DNA from: Trichoplax adhaerens
Taxonomy: Eukaryota > Animalia > Placozoa
Reading direction: 5' to 3'
Assembly: GCF_000150275.1 (NCBI RefSeq)
Contig: NW_002060944.1
Span: forward strand, 189,614 to 253,613
Length of the DNA: 64,000 bases
A program made the translations under genes and the position numbers. This document shows positions 14,418-27,613 of this stretch, piece by piece. The notes beneath the pieces were generated by a model. That model made no database searches and had not been told where the DNA came from. It worked only from the letters and a program-made list of their open reading frames with translations. Each line of letters opens with the position of its first letter. Position 1 is the stretch's first letter.

Positions 14418-17048
14418 GGCTGATTGAATTGTAATCTATCTACTGAAAGTTTCACTTCTTACAAATAATAGTGATATCGAGAAATAGTATCTTAGACTTT
14501 CATGGAACTCAAGATAATAATTTATTTTTTACAGCATCTGTGAAACGTTAACATGGGTCCTACATACAAAATATTAAGCAAGATTAATAAACGTAAATTT
14601 AAACAATGATATGGAAAACTATGTACACAATTTACTGGAAATACTAACCCTTAATTATAAATTAGGCAGCCATCTTTGAATTTATTAAAAATCTGATTTC
14701 AAACCTTAAATTGATCGAGGATTCCATAAGAACGTTTCAATTAGAATTTAAATGGAAATGGTATCGGACTGATATCCGTTCATGCTAAGAATATCGATAG
14801 GTAGCTAGATGAATTAGAGTTTTCCTACTTTCGACGATCAAATATTACGGAATTCTATATAATCTTGGAAATTGGTTCACATTTAAACAGATATAGAATT
14901 ATAATATGGATTGAATCGATCTTTTGAAGCCTAGCTATCACTTAAATATAGAAATATAAAATATTCTGTACAAAGTAAGAACGTCAATACGAATAGTCAA
15001 ATTTTTTGTTGGAGTTGCTTTCATATCTATATCCATCTGTTATTAATTATCCAGATGGTGGTTGGTTATAGTTTTTCTCTTCTAATCCATAATTATAGCT
15101 CAGTGATAGACTTGCAATTTAGCTTAGCCCTATCAAAATTCATATTCTGATGACGATAATCTATTCTTCAATGCCATATTTACTCTTCTTTTCTTCTGTA
15201 CATTGACGTCAATTGTCAGAGTGCAATATGTTGATGATTATTTACCATTTACAATTATATCAATACCTTATTAGAACTTTTTGATTTCGAGCCAATCACT
15301 CGTAACGCAATTAAAATTAAAAGCTGCTATTGGAACAACAGTTATTAAATAGTCGCAAACAATTAGCGCTTTGATGTTGAATAAGACTTGAACCATGCCT
15401 ATTCCTATCTCACCTTCTGCATCAATTACGAGTAAGAATACTGGTCTTTTTTCTCTAAATGTAGCTTCTCGTTGTTAGCCTACAGCCATTTTAAACTAGC
15501 CGGATTGAAATTCTAACACCTATTTAAATATAATTATATGCATTGGTAATATAGCGTCCTATTCTAGACCAATGTAATGAAAAGAAATTAAAACATGTTA
15601 AAATCACATGTAAATAAGAACAAATCATTTGAGCAGAGAGAAGATGAAAAGATTTATTGTATGATCAGATAAAATAGACAATTAACTATCAGAATGATCG
15701 AAATATTTATGTATTACTTTTGTTTTTGCTTGGATATCACTGTCTATACAACAGTAGTTGCTATAACGTTAGCTATAAATTTTAAACTGAGAGTTACAGT
15801 ATCTAGAAACGTTAATAAAAGTAGGAATGGATATGCTGTAGGATAATAATATAAGCAAATCCGTTATAAATAAACGATCAAAAATTGACAAAAAATGATA
15901 CTGATAATGATTCAGCAGACAGCTTTAGATAAATGTAATTCTAATTCTTTACTACGGACTCATACTAGTAGTCGGGCTATCACGAGTTCAATTCATAAAT
16001 ATTTTTATTGTACCGAATCTACTTGACATATAAAGTACTTGCATAAATTACAAGAAATAAAAGCATTTTATTTCTAGCTTTCCATAATTCATACGATGAC
16101 GGTCGGAAGTTTTCCACGATGAGCTGATAAAGATGAATTGAGCTACATGGGAAGAAGTGTGATATAAGTATAGCAAGGTAGAGCTGTCATTCATCGTTAG
16201 CTGACTAACAGTGTCGTGATATGGTCATAAAATAATTTATAATTGTAGAGTATAAAATTATTATAACAAAGGCTCCATAATTATAATCATAAAAGTTATG
16301 ATTCAGGATTGTATTCATTGATCATTAAATTAGTACCTTCTCTAGAAATTTGGATTCGGTATAATCTAATTCAGAAGCCTGTTTAACACTTCTAATTCTA
16401 CAAGAGATATTAGCGCTTTTAATTGTTTAGAATGTACTTTTTGCCTTGTCTACATTAGGAGATCGCGCGACTACGAATATTCTAGAAGATTTAAATTACA
16501 AATTAATACACGATGAAATTATATTAAAAACGGTTACTCGGACTGCAGCATTATTCTTTCAAGGTTTAGATTCGATTTAGAGAGACTAGGAGACCTGTCT
16601 CAAGTTCTTCTACTTTAGTAGAAGACAATTACATGATTACTACAATTTTTATAGTTGTCACAGTATGGTCAAATTTAGCGAATTCAGCATTTATACTGGT
16701 ATAAGCTGATCACAATTAATTACTTACAGTAGGAATTATCGTAATTATAATTTATTACAGTAACTATAAGGTGCACTGCAATAAATAATTATTCTCATAT
16801 ATAATTGAAATTAATTGATCCTAGTAATGCTTTTTGTGATTTTAATCCTGATGATAGCGCATAGAATTACTCAATAGATATCTATGAGTATCAGTATTTC
16901 TATAATAATTTGGCCATAAAGTAAGACTAAACTATTAGAATCTTAAGATAATTCAGCAATATTAGTAGCTGTCTAAGAGTATATAAGCTCAGAAAATTAC
17001 CCAATAAAATCAGTTCTCTAGTTTACCTATCATAAAAGTTATAAGCGA

Positions 17049-17145
17049 ACAAATTACTGTAAATTTGTAGAAATGGACTTTTTATGTTATATTGTCGTAA
17101 AGCTTAGCAAGGGCTTAAGTGTACAAATTACTGTAAATTTGTAGA
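17049..17145. repeat. Pair of 23-bp direct repeats
   Basis: acaaattactgtaaatttgtaga at about 17049 and 17123. Confidence 0.75.
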
Positions 17146-17507
17146 TGTTAAGCTTATTATTATGTAATTTTGTCACATAGCTAGTTTGTGACAATAACGT
17201 ATTACAACTACCATCAATCATTGACAATACATATCAACTATGGCCCAACTATAGACTACAGTACGTGAAATATTCAGAAGTTTGTTAAGTATACCAAATC
17301 ACATTTGCTCTTGCCCTTTACTATCACCACATAACCTGTAACGATTGCCTGGAATATTAGAAAGGCGTTGCTGATCCATGTGTGCCTACTCGTCTATATA
17401 AATAAGCAACATTGCCAGTCTCTGCCCACACTATCATCGTTAACATTAGAGAAGATTCATATAGTACTTCAAAGTTTACCAATAAATCTTAGTTAAGCGA
17501 CAACAAA

Positions 17508-18074
17508 ATGGTTAAATAATACGTAACACTTGTTGGCGTGCCAATCAAAGAATTAGAGAAAGGGAATCATCCACATGTATACATATACCTTAAAGTTGAA
17601 GGATCAGAGTGTTATAAGGCGGCACTTAATGTGAAAGACTATAGTGGCAAAAATATTATGTACGTTTGGAAGGAAGATTTACAGGCTAAATTTTTGAATC
17701 ATTTAAAATCATTGTCTATAGGTGTAGATAATTTCAGCTGTGCTGCAAAGTCTGCCGCTATTGACTATGTTCAAGAAGGATTTATTATTCAAGAGTAATT
17801 TAGCGAAAAAACTGCTGAAGAATTGACACACATTTTAAGTACAACTGTAGATGATATGGTACGCGTATGTGCCCGAAATTCTGAGTCTAAGAATTTTTGT
17901 GTGGGATCAATGTTTAATCAAGGAATACACGATATCTATATGAATCAAGGGGAAAGAAAGTACGAATGCATACGAGGATGTGGCCTTAATTTTCTATGAT
18001 GGCATTGAAGACCAACATAGTGGTGCATTCTTTTCTTTCAAGAAGAATCTTCAGCCTGTGACACTCAAGAATAG
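17508..18074 (+). pseudogene. YukJ/DUF2278-like pseudogene, copy 1 (intronless)
   Basis: MVK*YVTLVGVPIKELEKGNHPHVYIY..YKAALNVKDYSGK..AIDYVQEG..E*F..GSMFNQGIHDIYMNQGE. In-frame TAA at 17517 and 17796 plus a frameshift near 17965. Colinear with the intact copy at 23166. TATA-like tatataaata at about 17396. Confidence 0.9.
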
Positions 18075-19295
18075 CTTGTGGTGATAAATGGGCGATCTCA
18101 ATAACGTTCCCAATTACTACCTCTTAGAGATGAAGCATTTAGAGAAGATTTTCTAGAAATCGATACTTTGCAGAGAAGTATAGTAATAGTTTAAGCAATT
18201 TTAGCTACTCAAACTACTAAATACTGTGTAGGAAGTCGTTATTCCATAGTAAAAAGTTTCAATTAAGTGGTTCCAAAATTGAGTTTGTAACATAAAATTA
18301 ATTAATCAGGCTAGGTGCTATATTCTACAAAAGTCAGTTAATACTCGTTACCAACACCATTGTTTCAAATGGATAAAAGTATTAATTAAAAAGGCACTTT
18401 TAGATAGATAAACCATTGCTAGTGATCATATAACAATGTGTTTTTCAAAAAATTAATTAGAATTTATAAGGTTAGCTTATGAAGAATTTTAGCTTTGCTA
18501 AGTTGCCTTGCTATCACGCTTTGTGATTCAATAAGTTTGATAGCGACGTAATAGTAATTTTTTAGCCATTCCTGACATGGAAAGAAGAAACAGAACCAAT
18601 GCAATCAGAAAACTATAGACACAATAGATAGACCATTAATGATATTGTTGATACAGAAATGATGCATCATTGAAGGTGACGATGGTAATCATTTCGCTAA
18701 GTAAACGATGCAATCGATTAATTCTATGAATTTCGTATAGAATATTTTAAAACTGACGGTCAATATAGCAAAAGGATTCAATAGATTCATATCTCTATAT
18801 GGCTATTTCTTTACGACAGTGTTCGCATAACAATGGAAATATCGATCAATAATTATAGTGACTACTTTCGAATTGGTTATTGAATTTCTACGTTGTTTTC
18901 GAAAAATTAAATCACGAAGATACACCTTTCACTTTTTACTTCAGCGTATATCATGTTTATAGAATTCAAGTCATAACGTAGATATTAAGCTACTCGAAGA
19001 GCATTCAAAAATCATTCATACGATGAAAGAAAAGGGAGTTTTAGATATGACGGCTATAGAATCAAAGCCAAAAGGATATAACTACAAAGAAATTACTTTA
19101 AGTAATGGTATAAGATAGAATAAACGACATGACGATATTGTAACGTAACTTTTTATTATTTTTTAGCTGGGCAACGTCGCGTAGTTATTGCTAATTGATT
19201 AGTAAAAGTATCATCTTGAATTAGATGAATTTTTTTAGCTACTAATAGCCAAATCTGTATTATGGATGACTACCAATAGAAAATTGCTATTCATA

Positions 19296-21264
19296 TTACA
19301 CTTCTAATTCCATCGATTTCCCCATCAATTGTTTCATATTCATAGCAACTGCTTTACAAATAGTTCTTTTATCACCTGTAGTATCAAACGAGGTACGGGA
19401 AAAAAATACAGCTATAGCTAAAGAAACATATGGCATTAATATGCCGACTACAATATTACCGAGTGAAGTAGCCAAATCATGGTAGATTAGAATTATAGTT
19501 ACGGTGTAACCAATTTCAAGAAGTAGCACCAGAAGACAGTTATAAAGCAGTTGTTCTACACCTGGAAGATGTAATAGTTGAGCTGCTGAGTCGTAAATGG
19601 AAAGTCTTATCCATTTCCGGCCGTTCAAACTTTCAACAATGTTGAAATTTGATTGTACATCCTTCCACTCAATTATATTAGCTAATTTACTAATTGTTTT
19701 ATCGGAATTTTTTTCGTTAAATATAAAATAGTGTTTGGACACAGGTTTTGTGGAATGTTTCCTGTTGGAAAAAGTCTTGGATTTGGTGAATAAATTGATT
19801 AGCATCAGGGGAAACTTCGACCAAAATTTGGTTATCGCTTCGATAAGTCTCAATGCATACAGGAATATCTTTTGCATTCAATTCATTAAATAATCCTAGT
19901 ATATATTGCTTTCGATTAAAGTGTCTTTGGATTAAAGCAATCAAAGTAACTACAAAGGGTAATTGAGTTGCAAGGAGAGGCAGCATTCCGCTTGGATGAA
20001 CAACGCCAATAATAATATTAGCCAGAATACTACTGCATAAATTGGTCAATTCGTAACAGAGTAAACCTAAAGACATCGTAAAATAGATTATTAAAAAGTA
20101 ACGATACCATCGACTGGATTTGATGTTAAATTCATTGGCTTTGAAAGTAATCACAAAAATAAATATGTGCAACTGGAACCAATGTACGATTTTGTAAAAG
20201 AATCCTTGATCAACAAAAGTTGCAAACCAATCATTAGATGCTTTGACGTAATTGACACAACCTCGTGCAATCTTGTTTCTTGTTAAAGTGATAGCTACGA
20301 CAGTAACGATCATGCCTAGTAACAGGTTAATGATGAGAAATATGACAAGGCTAGGCAACCAATATAACAAAATCATCAACAAAGTGCTTAGATCTAAATG
20401 TGTATATATGTATCGAAACTTTTGAATATTGAAAATTGAACAGAGAAATGGAATCATGCCACCCAAAAGTAATATGAAATGAAGGAGAAGTATTTGATAG
20501 CACTTCTTTTTCGGAATACAACGATAAATAAATAGTTTTACGGCGTCTGCAGTATCGAATACTTGATATAAACAAATCACTTGCTGGCCTTCGATAGTGG
20601 TCACATCGGTTAAAGTCGACCTTGAAGGAGGTCTGAGAATCAACAGAAATAACTTGAAAACTATTGCTGCAGCAACGATATAAAAAATGATTTCTACATA
20701 AATTAAAGCCAAATCATTTCGTGGTGGGACTACTATAATTTTATCCAACACATTTTTAGAGCATTGCCCTGAGTAAAAAGAACAAGCATAGAATTCTTTT
20801 TTATTATTAATATTTTGTATATTCAAAAGGCGTGCTAGTAAATATTCAGTGACGTTTCGGGTTATATCTGGTGGTTGTAACCTTTCATCTTTAACCGAAC
20901 AATTAAACACTGATGCAATATGTACGGGAGTTTGACCAGCGGTCAATAGATACTGTGGCAAAGCACATAATAGACTAGCGAAATCGTCTGATGTGTGGAA
21001 TAAAAAGTATCCCTCTTCCTTGCATACCATATAATTACGCTAATAATAATAGTAGAACCGAGGTGTGTAATTATTAGCCTTTAAATCGATATTTACCCAA
21101 TAACACGGACGATTTCGTTGTAGCATTTTCCGCACGAGTTCGTCATTTGTGTATGCTAACGTTTTGCTATCTTTGATTTGGCAAAGGGAGTAAGCTTTGA
21201 GTATCTGTGATATGACTAACAAAAGTATTGGGAAAGGCAATGAAATCGATTTAACTGCCTTCAT
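19296..21264 (-). pseudogene. Intronless ~655-aa multipass membrane protein gene of unknown family, broken by one nonsense codon and one +1 frameshift (pseudogene or assembly error)
   Basis: ORF 21264-21040 (signal peptide MKAVKSISLPFPILLLVISQILKAYS) is in frame with ORF 21030-19717 across a TAG at 21042-21040. ORF 19877-19296 takes over near 19717 (..TLFYI to NEKNSDK). The span is 1969 nt = 656 codons + 1. Cys-containing ectodomain followed by about 8-9 hydrophobic segments. Confidence 0.75.
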
Positions 21265-23029
21265 ATTAGTCGCTAATCTTCCAATGTGCAGAGCTATCCA
21301 ACCTTTTTTCCAAGTGATGTAAAATTACTAGCTTAATTAACGTCTAATTGTTTGGTTGACAAATGCTATAGACACTTGAATGATATTCAATGTAATGGAA
21401 TTATTCTTATTTGCCAGCCCTCCCAGACACTTCGCCTTAAAGTGTTATATCTCGATTGTACATTATACTATTCAGTAGAGTGATATACAGTTGTTTGTCA
21501 AAACTTTGTCTATGCCAACTATAAATAACAGGTTCTCGGGTGTGGCAAGCTTGTACGGTACTGCGATAGTTTATGTACAATGCGATCGGTTTTCTTCAAT
21601 ATGTTTGAATAATAAAAACTATAAGTAAAACGCCTCCAAAAGACCAATCGTTATGAACCTTCCTATACACATAGGTCTCTTATTACTGAAAGTTACTGAC
21701 TAATAGTTATAGCGCTAAATTTGCTGCTTAAATATAAAACTTAATTACGGATGTAGAATCTCGAAATCAAGAGCTATCCGTACATATTAAAACCATGCAT
21801 TGGCGATCAATTTTGTACAAATTGATGCAAAAATTGTAATGTCAAATCGATGGAATCATGTCGTAAGCTGTGGACGAGTTGGGTATGGACGTTAAATCAT
21901 GAATTGATAACGCGATAGTAAATTTAGATATGATTTTGTAACTTAATTGGTAAGATATAACTGTATTTGAATGAAAATCATTGTATGACGAATTGCATAT
22001 AAATCGTGAATATTGCTGCAATAATTCAGATAGTCCAGAGATAGTCAAATAGTCCTTGGTAGAGGTTAGACCAACCTAACTTATGTAATAAAGTAAAATT
22101 TACAAGGAACAGTAGTTCTCGATTTATTGTTGAAGATCATTTTAACACAAGTGTATTGTATCCTTATCGTTCCCTTGCCTTTGAAATAACTTTCGCATTT
22201 CCGGCATCCTCCAATATATATCGTACATTATAACCGGAGTACAGACTGGACTAGTCAAGACTAGCTTTGGGTATACTTTGGAGGGAGTACTGTCTACTTT
22301 GGCCTGTTACACCGGTATCGACTATAGTCTAGCCATAAACTACAAGAAAAATTCTATATTTTTGTGATAAAGTATCTTCTCCAAAATGTAACGAGAGCTA
22401 CAGTTTCTTATAAACTTCATTTTATTAACTGTCAATAAGATAAGGTTCGTCTTACCACTGCCAATGACTATCTAACTACAATTAGATAATCTCTGGACTG
22501 TCTAAATTATTACAGCAATATTCACGATTTATATAAAATTAGTTACACTCTGATTTTCCATCAATTACAATCATATCTAAATTGATTATCGCGCTATCAG
22601 TTTATAATTCGCGCTTCTAATTAAAGCATCGCAATAAAAGTCTCCCAGTGCTAACATACTTGGTACAGTCTATTAATTATTATCTCAGATATCTTAATGT
22701 AAACATCTTCCACCTTTAAATACTTAGGCAATCTTACAATCTTGCGTACAATTTATCTGTTTTCATACAATTTTATAATCTTAGCCTTCAGCTTATTTGG
22801 GACTACAATTTTCATGATGGAAGAAATCGTATTTGGTCTTTAAGTGTGCCTTCCTGTATTCATTATCACTGCAATCTACAATAAATGCCGATAATAAAGC
22901 ACTAACATGCAAAGACCACATTATCCAGCATTTTACTATACCGCCCGAGGGGATAGAATTCCATAGCGGATGGAAATCTCCGTGACACCGGAAGTGATTA
23001 TACAGTAAAAAACTGCCAATCCGGTCCCA

Positions 23030-23050
23030 GCTCGTACAGTATATAAGCGT
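23030..23050 (+). promoter_or_regulatory. Putative TATA box of the intact DUF2278 gene
   Basis: gtatataagc about 120 bp before the ATG; equivalent elements precede all four copies (about 17396, 25068, 27487). Confidence 0.5.
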
Positions 23051-23165
23051 TAGATAGAACTGGTTTATCTCATACGGGTCTCTGAAGTATCATTGACGAA
23101 GATTTTCTATCTCAAGGTTTGCCTAGAAATCACTATACTGTATTCGCCATATTAGTGTGTGAGTG

Positions 23166-23786
23166 ATGAATTACTACCGGAAACACGAAACGTCTATAAA
23201 ATATGGTGCGCTTGTTGGAGTGCCGATAAGAGAATTCGAGAAAGGAAATCATCCACATGTGTACATATATGTTAATGTTAGAAAAGGCAACTATAGATCA
23301 TATGTTAGCAAAGAGGATTGCTATAAAGTAGCTGTCAATGTGCAGGACTATAGTGGCAAAAATGTTTTCTTCGCTTATAAGAAAAACTTGCATGCCGCAT
23401 TTTTGCAACGCTTACAATTCTTCTCTGCAGGTGAACATGTTTTGGAGCCTACAGCAAACTCTGGTGCTATTGACTATGTAAGAGGAGGATTTATTAAGAA
23501 AGAAGACTTTCGAGAGGAAACAGAAAGAGTACTATCACAACGTCTTCATGACATTGTATATGGTATGATAGCGGCATGTGAAAAACATCCTGACTCAAAA
23601 ATTTTCTGTTTCGGATCAATGTTTCCTGGTGGAATACACGATATCCATATGAATCAAGGGGAATCACGATACAGGAATAAGCAATATCAAGATGGCGCTT
23701 TAATTTTCTTCGATGCCAATAAAATGCAATATAATGGTGCATTCTTTTACTTTCAAGAAGAATCTTCTGCTTGGTATAGACCGTAA
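23166..23786 (+). CDS. YukJ/DUF2278-family protein, intact, intronless, 206 aa
   Basis: ATG 23166. Motifs YGALVG, HPHVYI, YKVAVNVQD, GAIDYVRGG, FGSMFPGGIHDIHMNQGE and YQDGALIF match the order and content of the DUF2278 (B. subtilis YukJ) signature YGVLKG..PH..AVNV..LDYIR..GIHDIHMNQG..QDG as I recall it. Confidence 0.88.
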   Translation: MNYYRKHETSIKYGALVGVPIREFEKGNHPHVYIYVNVRKGNYRSYVSKEDCYKVAVNVQDYSGKNVFFAYKKNLHAAFLQRLQFFSAGEHVLEPTANSGAIDYVRGGFIKKEDFREETERVLSQRLHDIVYGMIAACEKHPDSKIFCFGSMFPGGIHDIHMNQGESRYRNKQYQDGALIFFDANKMQYNGAFFYFQEESSAWYRP

Positions 23787-25184
23787 CTTGTGCAATTATG
23801 ATGAATGATTTCAGTCCTACTTTTATATAACTATATCTTAGTAACAAAGTATTTGGAAGAGATGCCTTACTGTAGTCGCTAAATTAATACGAATATATCA
23901 AAGTCACAGTTTGATTAACTTTAGCGTTGCGAATAAGCAAACATCGATGTAGAAAATCATTCATCCACAGTGGTAAATATCATGCCAGCTATTCTTGATT
24001 AGTGTCATAAAAATAAGTAATGAAGGTTTCGTATTTAGCATGAATCATTTTACACCCATGACTAACACTATTGTTTTTAATGGATAAAAGAATTAGTTAA
24101 AAATTACTTATGGTAGAATAGTTATCGTTAGAGATCAAATAATAGCCTAATCATGGATTACAGTAGTTGTTATAGTCTTCTCTTCGTGAAATTAAGTATT
24201 TTTAATCCTTAATAGCAGGTTATCTTTTAGGCTTTATAATTTTTTAAAAGGCTTGATTTGTAACAGACAATAAAAACTAACATTGATCACAACATCTGTG
24301 GAATCTATTAGCGCTTGTTATTAAAATAGACGAGATTGTAAACTCAATATGCGGGAAAATAGAGTTTCGTTCGCTTATTTTTATTGAGTATGAAAGCAAA
24401 ATGTTCCGATTGCCCCTAGATTTATAGGTCAAAGAGAATAGTACGATCGTCTTCCAAAATTTTTCTTAACTTAGATCTTTATTTCTATCTTGCTCTTGCT
24501 GGAAAGTAAATTTGTAACAATAATTTATTAGAACAGTGTTAAGGTCTCCGATATAAACAGACTCAGATATTACAATAAAATAAGGTTTGGATAATAGAAG
24601 TTGTCTACATGAATTAGGCTTCATATTTGCTAAGACGATCCTGTTCCGCTTTCACTAAAAGTCAATCAAACAATCTCTTATAATTCTTTAATTATAATTT
24701 AATACCGTATTTACCAAATGTTTATTCCGTATCATATATCATGCAATGGTCTGATGTATACTAGCAGAAACTTTGCTGATAGGAAAGTGTCTGCCATATT
24801 GTTAGCAATGTCGATTAATTGAATTCTGATTATCTTTCCGCTTCGCATCCTTAATTTAAATTGCAGTAAGCATCAATACCAATGGAAAAGGATTAATAGC
24901 TTTAAAATTGGATCAAAAATTATAAATTTTCTCTGGATTGCTTTAACTGAAAATTGTTAATCATTACATTCAGCTTTAACATAAATTAGATTGCTGTATT
25001 TTAATATCACCACAACCTCTAATGATCGCTTGGAATGCTTGTAAAAGCTGCTAATCCAATATCTACTCGTACATAAGCATGAGACATAACTAGTCTATAC
25101 CAATGACATAATTTCATACAAGCTCACTAACTAATATTAGAGAAGATTTTCTATCCCAACGTTTGCCAATAATTCTAGTTAAGG

Positions 25185-25503
25185 GAAAATGAAATGTCTA
25201 TAGTAACATATACATTATAGTGCACATGGAGTAGTTGTCAATGTGCAGGACTATAGCGGCAGAAATATTTTCTTCACTTACAAGGAACATTTGAGGCCAA
25301 TTTTTGCAAGAATTAAAATCTTCTCCGCAGTTAAGCATAAACTGAAGCTTAAAGTAAACACTGACGCTAAAGAAAATGTAAGATGAGAATTTAATAAGAA
25401 AGAAGATTCTGACGGGAAGACAGAAGAAGATATGAGTAAAAAGCAATATAATGGAGCGTTCTTGTACTTTAAACTAGAATCCTCTGCTTGAAATAGACAT
25501 TAA
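25185..25503 (+). pseudogene. YukJ/DUF2278-like pseudogene, copy 3 (internally deleted)
   Basis: VVVNVQDYSGRNIFFTYKEH.., frameshifts, deletion of the GIHDIHMNQG region, then QYNGAFLYFKLESSA*. Flanks match copy 2. Confidence 0.85.
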
Positions 25504-27613
25504 CTTGTGTGGAGATGACGAGTGATTTCAATCCCGTTTATATACCCATCTCTTAGGAAATAAGCATTTGAAGGAGATAGCCTAGTACATAAATTAATAC
25601 GACTGTAGCGAGGGTATAATCTAAGTAACTATAGCATTGCGAAGAAGCAAATATCGAAGTAGAAAAACCATTAAGTGACAGTAGAAAAGTATTATTCTAG
25701 CTATTCTTAATTATTTTCATAATTAGTACCGGTGAGAAAAGTGTCGTATTCACAATAGTCCATTAACACTCGTTACTAACAGTATTGTTTTAATGGATAA
25801 AAGAAAAAGTCTAAAGAGGCATTAGATAGAAAGATCAAAATGGTTGGTGGTCTAATAATTAACAACCTATAGTTCAAAAAATTATTTAGAATTTATAATT
25901 AAGCAAAGTTATTAAGAGTCTTTAGCTTAACTAACTTATACTATGGCTACGTTTTATGATATATTAGATCGCATTGGCTAACTCGCATAAAATTTATGAA
26001 AATCAAATTAAATTTTTATAAGTTCAATTAACAGCTTGCTGGTAAAATAAAGACTCATTTTAGGATTCAGCTTCAGTAATAGTTAGTATTTACGTAATAC
26101 AAACTAAGAACCAGTTATAGCAGAGGTTGTAGATAGTTTTAGGATGGTAGTAATGAGAGTTACGAGAATAACAAGTTTTATTTATGGATTGTAATAGAAT
26201 TTGACTTTTTCAACATAAAATTTAACGTAATCCAAGTATGTAGTAGAAGATATTCGATATCTTATTGATCATGTTAGCAATAAAAAGAATTAGATGATAA
26301 ATATCAACACGAAAGTAGCACTTGTGGTGTCTAGTATTAAGTGTCGTTAATACAGATGAGATTGTAAACATGACATGTCGCAAAAATGAAGTCGGTTCTC
26401 TTACTTTTTATTGAAAGCGAAGCAAAGGCTTCAATTACTCCCAGATTTATAAGTCAAAGAGATTAGTACAGCTTTCCTCCAAGATTTTGTCACTTTTGAC
26501 ATTTATTTCGATGTTGCTCTTGCTATAAAGAGGGTTAGTAACAATTGGGTTATAATAGCAACAGGATGCATAGCTCCATTTAGGAACAAACTATCAGACA
26601 TTGAAATAAATGAGGTTTTAACGTAGAAATTGTATATGTTGAACAGGCGTTATATCTATAAAAGCGATCCTGCAAGGTCACAGGGTGCAACTTGTGAGCG
26701 CTGGCCCTTTCTAATAAAATCTAATGAAATTCCTCCTCCTAATTCTTTAATTACTGTATAATCTACTGTACTATTTATTAAGTGTTTATTCTATATAATA
26801 CTGTATGTGTGCTAATAGAAATTTACCGATAGAAAAATGCCAGCTATGCTGTTAGCGTTATCAATTAATTATATCTACTCGGCAAAAAAGTCGAACAGAA
26901 AGAAATTTCTTTCTGTCTTTATCACTAAGCTTCCAATATAGTACACCAAATAAAACAATAAGTGAGATATTTTAAGTCATTATAACTAGTAAAGTGTCAG
27001 CTGAACCATTTATGGATGTGATTTATATCTAGGGAATAGGCTTAGGTACTTTTCGTAATACTCAAAGGATAAGAAGAAAGATGGCATATTCTAAGAAACT
27101 GTAGATGCGAAGAAGTATACGCCAATGTAGAAAATTATTAATTGATAGTAGAAAAGTATCATACTAACTATTCTTAATTATTGTCGTAAAAACAAGTTAG
27201 CAAAGCGTCGTATTCTACAATAGGCTATTAATCCTTTTTATAATAAAATTGTTTTAATGGATGAAAGGATGAGTCAAAAGTGAGCCTTGCTGTATTTTAC
27301 TATCACTGCAATCCGCAATAAATGCCGATGGTCTACTAATATGATTTGTTAAAGTCAGTAGTATGGCACCAACATACTGCAGACTTCAATGTCAACCACT
27401 ATACTAGGGGATAGATTTCCTTGGCAGATAGAAATCTCTGTCATACTGTAAGTAATTGCAAAGGGCTGATGATCCCGCCCCTACTCATATATAAGCATAC
27501 GATAACATTAGTCTATCCCATACGAGTCCATAAACTTACGTTAAAGAGGATTTTGTATCTCAAGGTTAGCTAAGAAATCGCTATACCGTATTTGAGATAT
27601 TTGTGTGTAAGTG

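Noticed and set aside
14649-14680. aagATGGCTGCCTAA micro-ORF followed by a donor upstream of RGS
   Set aside because: Probably a 5' UTR exon, but a three-codon uORF cannot be supported without transcripts.
21040-21042. Programmed readthrough of TAG-C in the membrane gene
   Set aside because: A second lesion (frameshift) in the same gene makes decay or assembly error the simpler explanation.
23494-23847. 117-aa minus-strand ORF (also 25198-25446 and 27581-27841)
   Set aside because: Antisense shadows of the DUF2278 copies.
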